The position numbers and the translations under genes are program-made. A model generated the notes under the pieces. It was not told where the DNA came from. It searched no databases and saw only the letters and a program-made list of their open reading frames with translations. This document shows, piece after piece, positions 55,344-62,333 of a stretch of DNA of 62,333 nucleotides. How positions within the stretch are numbered: the first letter of the stretch is position 1; the number at the start of each line of letters is the position of its first letter. The stretch is from positions 1 to 62,333 of the forward strand of contig DATGXR010000472.1 of NCBI GenBank assembly GCA_035298825.1. Direction: 5' to 3'. The stretch comes from Bacteroidota bacterium. GTDB lineage: Bacteria > Bacteroidota > Ignavibacteria > UBA10030 > UBA8401.

Positions 55344-55879
55344 ATTCAGACCATCGACAGACTCTTTATGCGGCAGGCAAGATCATCAAAGTCTTCGGCA
55401 TAAAAGGCGAAGTGAAAATTTATTCGTACGCTCGCTCGTCTCAGGAATACGAGGCGGTTCGAACGGTGAAAGTCGGTGCTGATGAGCGAACGGCGGGCGA
55501 TCGGACAATTGACCACGTACGCGATCGCGGCGGTGATATCTACATTAAGTTTGCCGGCGTCGACGACAGAAATGCCGCCGAGGAACTGGTGAACTGTTTT
55601 GTTTTCGTCGAAGAAAGCAAACGCAAGGCGCCCAAAGCCGGCCGACACTACATCCACGAGCTGCTGGGATGCAGTGTCGTGCTCGAGGACAACGGACGCG
55701 AACTCGGCACGCTGCGCGATGTGATGGACGTCGCGGGCCGTCAGATGTATCTCGTCGCAACATTTCATGGCGAGGTGATGATGCCGGCGGTTGATGAATT
55801 CATCGCCAGCGTCGATCTCACGCGCCGCGTGATTTCCGTCCGGCCTCCCGAAGGATTGTTCGAGGGAGACGCATCGTGA
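55340..55879 (+). CDS. rimM: 16S rRNA processing protein RimM
   Basis: 179 aa. [18 protein letters not shown] (RimM N-terminal beta-barrel) and a PRC-barrel C-terminus. Apparent TTG start overlapping the KH gene stop. Confidence 0.85.
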   Translation: MNSDHRQTLYAAGKIIKVFGIKGEVKIYSYARSSQEYEAVRTVKVGADERTAGDRTIDHVRDRGGDIYIKFAGVDDRNAAEELVNCFVFVEESKRKAPKAGRHYIHELLGCSVVLEDNGRELGTLRDVMDVAGRQMYLVATFHGEVMMPAVDEFIASVDLTRRVISVRPPEGLFEGDAS

Positions 55880-56586
55880 GCATACGCATCGACATCCTGT
55901 CGGCGCTGCCAAGGCTTCTTGAAAGCCCCTTGAGAGAAAGCATTCTGAAGCGCGCACAGGCGGCCGGGAAAGCGGAGATCGTCGTGCATGATCTCCGGCT
56001 CTTCACGCACGACAAGCATCATACGCTCGATGAACCGCCGTATGGCGGCGGGGCCGGCATGATCCTGAAACCGGAACCGATCTTCGAATGCGTCGAGTCG
56101 CTAAAGGAGCAACGGTCGTACGACGAAGTCATCTATCTGACCGCCGACGGCGAGCGCTTCACGCAATCGGTGGCCAACGAATTGTCGTTGAAAAAAAATA
56201 TTATTCTGCTGTGCGGGCATTACAAGGGCATCGATGAACGCATACGCACGGCGCTCGTTACACGCGAAGTCTCAATCGGAGATTATGTGCTGACGGGCGG
56301 AGAACTTGCGGCGCTCGTGGTCACAGATGCGGTGGTGCGCCTGATTCCCGGCGCGATCGGCGACGGAGAATCGGCCCTGACCGACTCGTTTCAGGACGGA
56401 CTCCTGGACAGTCCGCATTACACCCGTCCGCCCGAATATCGCGGAATGGCGGTGCCCGAAGTGCTGCTCTCGGGCGATCATAAAAAAATCAATGCCTGGC
56501 GCGAGGAACAGCGCAGGGAAAAGACAAGACAGCGGCGGGCCGATCTTTTCGGCAGCGACGACGAACGAACGACTGTAAGAGAGTAA
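55876..56586 (+). CDS. trmD: tRNA (guanine37-N1)-methyltransferase TrmD
   Basis: 236 aa. GTG start overlapping the rimM stop (GTGA), [61 protein letters not shown]. Confidence 0.93.
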   Translation: MSIRIDILSALPRLLESPLRESILKRAQAAGKAEIVVHDLRLFTHDKHHTLDEPPYGGGAGMILKPEPIFECVESLKEQRSYDEVIYLTADGERFTQSVANELSLKKNIILLCGHYKGIDERIRTALVTREVSIGDYVLTGGELAALVVTDAVVRLIPGAIGDGESALTDSFQDGLLDSPHYTRPPEYRGMAVPEVLLSGDHKKINAWREEQRREKTRQRRADLFGSDDERTTVRE

Positions 56587-56631
56587 GAAAAAAAACAGAA
56601 ATACAATACTTTATCACGAAGGAATACACTA

Positions 56632-56973
56632 ATGGATAAGATTCAACTTGTGGAAGCAGCACAGCTGAGATCCGATATCCCGGAGTTCGACAGCGGCGAT
56701 ACGATCAATGTTCATGTCCGCGTCGTCGAAGGCGACAAGGAACGCATTCAGCAATTTCAGGGTGTCGTCATTGGAAAACGCGGCTCGGGCATCGGCGCAA
56801 CATTCCGCGTGCGCAAGATCTCGGACGGCGTCGGCGTGGAACGTATCTTCCCGCTGCACTCGCCCCGTATCGCGAAGATTGAAAAAGTGAGATCGGGCAA
56901 CGTCCGCCGTTCGAAGCTCTATTATCTTCGCGGCCTGGCTGCAAAACAGATCCGTCAGAAGACAAGCGGTTAA
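56632..56973 (+). CDS. rplS: 50S ribosomal protein L19
   Basis: 113 aa. [53 protein letters not shown]. Confidence 0.95.
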   Translation: MDKIQLVEAAQLRSDIPEFDSGDTINVHVRVVEGDKERIQQFQGVVIGKRGSGIGATFRVRKISDGVGVERIFPLHSPRIAKIEKVRSGNVRRSKLYYLRGLAAKQIRQKTSG

Positions 56974-56996
56974 TTCACTCTATCAGCACATACAGT

Positions 56997-57848
56997 ATGT
57001 CGTCGTCTACGTCCTATCGTATCGGCGCGCTCAAGGAATTCTATTGCGCGCCCCTGACGCACAGCCTGGAAAAAAGTCCCGCCGTTGCGGGACTTTTTGT
57101 TGATGCCCCGGCCGTGCTTGTCGATAAATTGATGTCGCGCGAAATCGATGCCGCGTTTGTCACGCCGATCGATTACGCGCGCATGAGTTCCGATCTTCAG
57201 CTGCTGCCGTCGCTCGGCGTCGCATCGATCATCGAAAGCCGCACGGTGCTCTTGTGCGTCAAGCCCGAGATCCGCGAACTCCGAACGGTTGCCCTCGGCA
57301 CGGCCACGGCCACCGATGTCGTTCTGGCGAAGATCATTCTCGAAGAGCAGTTTAAAAGTCATGTGGCGTTCGTTCCCGTCTCCGGCACCGTGGCCGACAT
57401 GCTTCAGAAGGCCGATGCGGCGCTTGTGTGCGGCGATGCCGTGTTCACAAACGACTGGGACGGGGCGTCGATCGATCTGATCGAAGAGTGGACCGAACTC
57501 ACCGGACTGCCCTTCGTGCATACGGTCTGTGCGACGCTTATGAACTCGGAAGATGCCGCCGGGCTTGAGACGTTGCTTGCCCGCGCCCGCGCCGAAGGCA
57601 TTGACGCGCTTTCAGCCTGCGCAGCTGAAATCGCAACCGGACTCGGCATGCCTGCCGAACGCGTCGAAGAACAACTCGAGCTCTATCAATATGAACTCCT
57701 GCCCACGCACCGCGAGTCGATCGACGAGTTTTTCCGCCTCGCATATTTTCATGGCATTCTGCAGGATGTTCCCGAGATCCATATGGGACGAGACGATGTC
57801 GACGAAGAAGAGGAAGACGATGCGTCCACCGATCCCGGCATGAACTGA
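56997..57848 (+). CDS. MqnA/MqnD-family protein (futalosine-pathway menaquinone biosynthesis, PBP-like fold) with acidic C-terminal tail
   Basis: By-eye matches to the MqnA pattern: EIDAAFVTPIDY, LGTATATDVVLAKIILE, ADAALVCGDAV, WTELTGLPFVHTV. Tail DDVDEEEEDD. Family-level call only. Confidence 0.65.
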   Translation: MSSSTSYRIGALKEFYCAPLTHSLEKSPAVAGLFVDAPAVLVDKLMSREIDAAFVTPIDYARMSSDLQLLPSLGVASIIESRTVLLCVKPEIRELRTVALGTATATDVVLAKIILEEQFKSHVAFVPVSGTVADMLQKADAALVCGDAVFTNDWDGASIDLIEEWTELTGLPFVHTVCATLMNSEDAAGLETLLARARAEGIDALSACAAEIATGLGMPAERVEEQLELYQYELLPTHRESIDEFFRLAYFHGILQDVPEIHMGRDDVDEEEEDDASTDPGMN

Positions 57849-57907
57849 GTAAAAGATTACCGGATTCGCAGGTTGAATCTCAGCCAAATTCCGCTTACTT
57901 TTCTTAC

Positions 57908-59620
57908 ATGCTGACATCTCTTTCTATAAAAAATTACGCCCTTATCGAATCGATCGATCTGACGCTCGACAGCGGTTTTACGGTCATCACGGGCGAGACC
58001 GGTGCGGGCAAATCCATCCTGATCGACGCCCTCGGTCTCTTGCTTGGCGAACGCTCAACCGCGGAGGCTGTCCGCGCCGGCACCGACAAGGCGATCGTCG
58101 AAGGCGTCTTCGACATCTCGCGTGTCGACACTGTGGGTGAGTGGTTTCGTGCGAACGAATCGGAATCGTCCGAAGAGCTCATCGTGCGGCGTGAAGTCTC
58201 CGCCAAGGGCACAAGCCGCTGTTTCGTCAACGACTCGCCGGTGACGCTCGCGCAATTGAAGGATCTCGGCGATCGGCTCGTCGATCTCCACGGACAGCAC
58301 GAACATCAGTCGCTGCTGCGCGCCGAAACGCACTGCGCCTTTCTCGACGATTTCGGATCGTACGGCAAGGAGCTCGAGGCGTACGCCGAAGCCTATGCCT
58401 CGCTCGCCTCGCTGTCGGCCCGGAAGCGACATCTGCGTGAACGGGAACTCCAATTGAAGGAAAAAAAAGCGCTCTACGAATTCCAGATCCGCGACATCGA
58501 CGCGATCGCCCCGAAGGAAAATGAGGAGGAGGAACTCGAGGCCGAACTGAAACTGCTTGAGAATTCGGAGACGCTCTCGCAGACCACCTCGCAACTGAAC
58601 GACATGCTGTACGAAGGAGAGACGTCAGTGCGCGACAATCTCGTGCGCGTGCGAGAGCAGCTCGAGGATCTGTGCGAGATCGATCCGACATTTTCCGATT
58701 CGCTGAGCGAAGCGAAGTCGGCCGCTGTCATCGTCGATGAGCTCGCGAAATACATTCAGCAGTACCAGTCGCGCATCGAATTCAATCCCGAGCGCCTCGA
58801 CGAGATTCGCGAGCGGCTCGGCGCGTTCACGCTCCTGAAGAAAAAATACGGCGGCACGATCGAATCGGTGATGGAGCACCGCAGGCGCATCGGCGAGGAA
58901 TATGCGCTCGCCGAAAATTTTGAGGCGGAGATCGCGCGTATCGACGACGACATCGAACAGGCGCGGCACGCGACGGGCGAGCGAGCGCTTGCGGTGAGCG
59001 CGAAACGGCGCGAGACGGGAAAGAAGATCGAGAAGGAAATTCTCTCCGCGCTTTCCGAGCTCGGCATCCAAAAGGCGAAATTCTCCGTGGCGCTCGAACA
59101 GCGCGTCATCGACGGGCAAACGCCGCATGCACTGTATGTGAATCTCGGCAACAAAAAAATCGCTGCACTTCCGCGCGGCGTCGATGAAATTGAATTTTTC
59201 CTCTCGACGAATGTGGGCGAGGAAGTGAAACCGCTTGCGAAAGTCGCAAGCGGCGGCGAAGTCTCGCGCATCATGCTCGCGCTCAAATCGGCCCTCGCGC
59301 ATTCCGATAAAACACCCGTCCTGATTTTCGACGAGATCGATACGGGCGTGAGCGGACGCATCGGGCAGGCGGTGGGACTGAGCCTGAAAAAACTTTCACA
59401 ATTCCATCAGGTCATCGCCATCACGCATTTGCCGCAGATCGCCGCGCTCGGAGCGACGCATCTGGCGGTCGAGAAAACGGAACAGAACAAACGCACTGTC
59501 ACGCGCGTGCGCCGGCTTGAAGGCGAGGAACGCGTACGCGAAGTGGCAAAACTTTTAAGCGGCGCAGAGATCACAGACGCCGGACTCAACACAGCCCGCG
59601 AGCTCATGCGCACCGCGTAG
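57908..59620 (+). CDS. recN: DNA repair protein RecN
   Basis: 570 aa. LSIKNYALIESIDL, Walker A GETGAGKSI, long coiled coil, C-terminal ASGGEVSRIMLALK and FDEIDTGVSG. Confidence 0.93.
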   Translation: MLTSLSIKNYALIESIDLTLDSGFTVITGETGAGKSILIDALGLLLGERSTAEAVRAGTDKAIVEGVFDISRVDTVGEWFRANESESSEELIVRREVSAKGTSRCFVNDSPVTLAQLKDLGDRLVDLHGQHEHQSLLRAETHCAFLDDFGSYGKELEAYAEAYASLASLSARKRHLRERELQLKEKKALYEFQIRDIDAIAPKENEEEELEAELKLLENSETLSQTTSQLNDMLYEGETSVRDNLVRVREQLEDLCEIDPTFSDSLSEAKSAAVIVDELAKYIQQYQSRIEFNPERLDEIRERLGAFTLLKKKYGGTIESVMEHRRRIGEEYALAENFEAEIARIDDDIEQARHATGERALAVSAKRRETGKKIEKEILSALSELGIQKAKFSVALEQRVIDGQTPHALYVNLGNKKIAALPRGVDEIEFFLSTNVGEEVKPLAKVASGGEVSRIMLALKSALAHSDKTPVLIFDEIDTGVSGRIGQAVGLSLKKLSQFHQVIAITHLPQIAALGATHLAVEKTEQNKRTVTRVRRLEGEERVREVAKLLSGAEITDAGLNTARELMRTA

Positions 59621-59733
59621 GGCGAAATGCTCTATTTGCCGCATCAATGCGAGTAGGGCGAAATGCCATTTCGCCTGCAGCCCGAAGGGCTGCGTTGTAT
59701 TAATCTCTTGGGCGAGATAGCATCTCGCCCTAC
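59617..59733. repeat. Cluster of three GTAG-headed REP-like palindromic elements (two direct, one inverted) plus an unrelated hairpin
   Basis: Copy 1, 59617-59640: GTAG GGCGAAAT GCTCT ATTTGCC (bulged). Copy 2, 59653-59675: GTAG GGCGAAAT GCC ATTTCGCC. Hairpin GCAGCCC-GAA-GGGCTGC at 59677-59693. Copy 3, 59710-59733, reads on the minus strand GTAG GGCGAGAT GCT ATCTCGCCC. Confidence 0.8.
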
Positions 59734-59785
59734 AACACCAGCACCTCTTCGGGATGCAACACTAACTACATCGAGATCAACTTTC

Positions 59786-61240
59786 ATGTCCCTGCACATC
59801 TATAATACGCTCTCCCGCTCAAAGGAACTCTTCACCCCGATCACAGAAGGCCGCGTCGGCATGTATGTCTGCGGCCCGACGGTGTACGGTCTGTCGCATC
59901 TCGGACATGCCAAGAGTTACGTCTCGTTCGATGTGGTCGTGCGGTACCTGCGCCATCTCAAATACAACGTGCTCTACGTGCAGAACATCACGGACGTGGG
60001 ACACCTGACAGACGACGCCGATGAGGGCGAAGACAAAATTCAGAAGCAGTCGCGCAAGGACAAGCTGCATCCGATGCAGGTCGTCGAAACATATACCCGC
60101 GAATATTTCAGCGACATGGATGCGCTCAATGTGCTCAGACCCGATATCTCGCCGCGCGCAACCGGACACATCACCGAGCAGATCACACTCATTGAACAGC
60201 TGCTCGAAGCCGGCGTGGCCTATGTGGTGAACGGGTCCGTGTATTTCGATGTGCACGCCTTCGCCGCTTACGGCAGACTCTCGGGCCGCGTGCTCGACGA
60301 TGCCGAAAGCGGAACGCGCGTCGATGTGAAATCTGAAAAAAAGAATCCCGCCGATTTCGCGCTCTGGAAAAAAGCCGATCCCACGCACATCATGCGCTGG
60401 CCCTCGCCGTGGGGCGAAGGCTTTCCGGGCTGGCATCTTGAATGCTCTGCAATGAGCATGAAATATCTCGGAACGTCGTTCGATATCCACGGCGGCGGAA
60501 TGGACAATCAGTTTCCGCATCACGAATGCGAGATCGCTCAGTCCGAATCCGTTACACATACACAGTTCGTCAAATACTGGATGCATAACAATCTCGTGAC
60601 CGTGAACGGACAGAAGATGGGCAAGTCGCTCGGCAACTTCATCACGCTCAAGGACGAGTTTCAGCGCCACTCGCCGATGGTCGTGCGATTCTTCATCATG
60701 CAAAGCCACTACCGAAGCACGCTCGATTTTTCAGAACAGGCGCTCGATGCCTCGGGTAAGGGTCTCGATAAGCTCATGGGCACGATTTCGCGCCTCAGGG
60801 CCGAACGTGCCCGCGCCAAAGACGGCACTGTTGTATTCGAGGGACTCGATGCGTTCCGCACACAGTTTTACGAGGCGATGGACGACGATTTCAATGCGCC
60901 GGCTGCAATTGGTGTGCTGTTCGACCTGGCCCGCGCAACAAACGATCTTCTCTCGAAGCCCGAAGGCGCCTCACCGGCCTCGCTTGAAGCGATTGATGCG
61001 TTCTTTACCGAGGCGGCAGGCGAAGTGCTCGGCATTCTGCCTGTCGAAGGCTCACTGCAGACCGGCGCCTCATCCGAGTCCATCGAGCCGAAACTGATGG
61101 AACTTCTCATTTCGATTCGAAAGGACATCCGCACGCAGAAGCTCTGGGCCCTCTCCGATAAGATCCGCGACGAACTTAAGGCCGCCGGTGTTGTACTTGA
61201 AGACGGTAAAGACGGGACGCACTGGAAACGCTCATTATAA
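59786..61240 (+). CDS. cysS: Cysteine--tRNA ligase
   Basis: 484 aa from the internal ATG ([16 protein letters not shown]). CGPTVY, HIGH as SHLGHA, KMSKS as KMGKS. The track ORF start at 59663 lies inside a REP hairpin loop and is rejected. Confidence 0.95.
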   Translation: MSLHIYNTLSRSKELFTPITEGRVGMYVCGPTVYGLSHLGHAKSYVSFDVVVRYLRHLKYNVLYVQNITDVGHLTDDADEGEDKIQKQSRKDKLHPMQVVETYTREYFSDMDALNVLRPDISPRATGHITEQITLIEQLLEAGVAYVVNGSVYFDVHAFAAYGRLSGRVLDDAESGTRVDVKSEKKNPADFALWKKADPTHIMRWPSPWGEGFPGWHLECSAMSMKYLGTSFDIHGGGMDNQFPHHECEIAQSESVTHTQFVKYWMHNNLVTVNGQKMGKSLGNFITLKDEFQRHSPMVVRFFIMQSHYRSTLDFSEQALDASGKGLDKLMGTISRLRAERARAKDGTVVFEGLDAFRTQFYEAMDDDFNAPAAIGVLFDLARATNDLLSKPEGASPASLEAIDAFFTEAAGEVLGILPVEGSLQTGASSESIEPKLMELLISIRKDIRTQKLWALSDKIRDELKAAGVVLEDGKDGTHWKRSL

Positions 61241-61387
61241 GCCAGAATCGACAATTTTCGGCTTTCCGTTTGGTGCTGACGCTGTGAATGATAGCGGGGA
61301 CCCCGGCTTTTTCAAGCTTCAAACGTGAAAAAACGAGAAATGGAAATTTTTTCACGGGTCTCGGTTTGAGTTTACCTGTAAGTGATT

Positions 61388-61403
61388 TGTGACAATTATC
61401 ACA
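61388..61403. promoter_or_regulatory. Perfect TGTGA-N6-TCACA palindrome (CRP/FNR-family-type operator), about 80 nt upstream of the next gene
   Basis: TGTGACAATTATCACA in the 241-nt cysS-to-next-gene spacer. It matches both half-sites of the classical CRP consensus core. Confidence 0.35.
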
Positions 61404-61481
61404 ACAGCCGTCGAAGAGGATATCATTAACTAAACTTTTTTTTCGCTCGAACGTCTAATATGTAATGGAAGGACCTCCGGG

Positions 61482-62249
61482 ATGATACAGAAAATTCTGA
61501 CGTTTCTCGGCCTGATTGCTCTTTTACACTCTGTCTCGCCGGCTCAGGCGGGTGACGCTTCGACGATTGAACCCCGGCAGCTTGTCGATATTCCTACGGC
61601 CGGCGTGCTCACACGCGGCGCGTTCGGAATGGATGTCGATTTCTTCCAACAGGGAGGACTCGGTGTCGCTCTTTCGGCCGGCGCTCTGGATCGGCTGAAT
61701 TTTGGTATTTCATTCAGCGGCGTCGGCGTGATCGGCAGCAACAAGATTACGACGCAGAAATTGCCGGGCGTGATGATCAAATTCCGAATGATCGACGAAT
61801 CGATAGCGCTGCCCGCGATCGCGATCGGATTTGACTCACAGGGCAAAGAAGCGTATATAGATAGTACGGAGCGATTCACGATCAAGAGCCGCGGGATCTA
61901 TGCTGTCGCAAGCAAGAATTATGCGATCCTGGGAAATTTCAGCATACACGGCGGCGTCAATTTCAGCATGGAACGCAAGGACGACGACAAGGATATGGAT
62001 GTGTTCATCGGCGCCGAGAAATCGTTCGGACGCGACGTGTCGATCATCGGAGAATATGATTTCGGATTCAACGACAGTAATAACCGCGCGATCGGACAGG
62101 GCAAAGGATATTTGAATTTCGGTCTCCGATGGTCGTTCGGGAGCGGCTTCACGATCGGATTCGATCTGAAGAATATTCTCAAGAACCAGGATAATGTGGT
62201 GACGATCGGCAACAGAACCGTGCGCGTTGAATATGTGAGAAGCTTGTAA
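61482..62249 (+). CDS. Hypothetical secreted, beta-strand-rich (possibly outer-membrane) protein
   Basis: 255 aa. Signal peptide MIQKILTFLGLIALLHSVSPAQA. Alternating hydrophobic pattern and many G/D/N turns. No recognised catalytic motif. Confidence 0.6.
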   Translation: MIQKILTFLGLIALLHSVSPAQAGDASTIEPRQLVDIPTAGVLTRGAFGMDVDFFQQGGLGVALSAGALDRLNFGISFSGVGVIGSNKITTQKLPGVMIKFRMIDESIALPAIAIGFDSQGKEAYIDSTERFTIKSRGIYAVASKNYAILGNFSIHGGVNFSMERKDDDKDMDVFIGAEKSFGRDVSIIGEYDFGFNDSNNRAIGQGKGYLNFGLRWSFGSGFTIGFDLKNILKNQDNVVTIGNRTVRVEYVRSL

Positions 62250-62333
62250 GCGTTCAGTAAAAAAATGTGTTTGTTGTGAAGATGCGGAAGAATTAGTGCG
62301 TATTTTTTCTTTGTGTGTGTTGTTATCTGAAGG

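Noticed and set aside
59663-59785. N-terminal extensions of track ORFs. Examples: cysS from 59663, rlmD from 40525/40627, ABC-F from 38453, M13 peptidase from 27979, tex to 22405, csp to 12087, PII to 12785, and the nucleotidyltransferase to 17637.
   Set aside because: The extensions show no homology-like sequence. They often run through the upstream gene's end, through terminators or through REP hairpins. Internal starts give canonical N-termini and, in several cases, have SD sequences.

Overview
Bacterial chromosomal window, moderately GC-rich and almost fully coding. I can support 58 protein genes. I recognised no rRNA, tRNA, CRISPR array, IS element or prophage by eye.

Gene order:
(1) The distal part of a flagellar type III export operon, fliP (truncated by the window edge)-fliQ-fliR-flhB-flhA-flhF-flhG. 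It continues without a break into an HDOD-domain gene and a secreted M1-peptidase-like gene that lacks HEXXH.
(2) A mixed block: M48 lipoprotein peptidase, lipoprotein-type RidA, cold-shock protein, orphan PII, Aas-like acyl ligase, a TPR/11-residue-repeat helical protein, a translationally coupled cytidylyltransferase + CDP-alcohol phosphatidyltransferase pair, a CarboxypepD_reg/DUF5686-type protein, Tex and DUF2721.
(3) NfnAB-like oxidoreductase, hemerythrin, D-2-hydroxyacid dehydrogenase, CorA, M13 peptidase, MurB, POT transporter, SGNH hydrolase, EamA, FKBP isomerase, PrfC + DUF885-like, ABC-F, RlmD, alpha/beta hydrolase + class-V aminotransferase, GT4.
(4) An M23 peptidase-bactofilin pair directly abutting an F-type ATP synthase operon atpZ-atpI-atpB-E-F-H-A-G, with no atpD/atpC.
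(5) ffh, rpsP-KH-rimM-trmD-rplS, MqnA-like, recN, cysS and a secreted beta-rich protein.

Gene content hints at an FCB-group (Ignavibacteria/Chlorobi-like) lineage, but this is inference only.

I did not find a self-contained novel system such as a defence, toxin-antitoxin, secretion or biosynthetic cluster. The most interesting non-housekeeping signals are:
- a GTAG-headed REP/REPIN-like palindromic repeat family (4 copies at 2 loci) that also creates false ATG starts for rlmD and cysS;
- a 464-aa protein with six consecutive 11-residue (33-bp) repeats;
- the LicC-like/CDP-alcohol transferase pair of unknown head group;
- HDOD plus a catalytically degenerate M1 homologue appended to the flagellar operon where fliA usually sits;
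- the M23-bactofilin module abutting the atp operon;
- a nested about 95-nt stem structure between atpE and atpF;
- an orphan strong terminator about 180 nt downstream of murB;
- a perfect TGTGA-N6-TCACA site upstream of the last gene.

Many long ORFs in the six-frame track are antisense shadows of real genes and were rejected.
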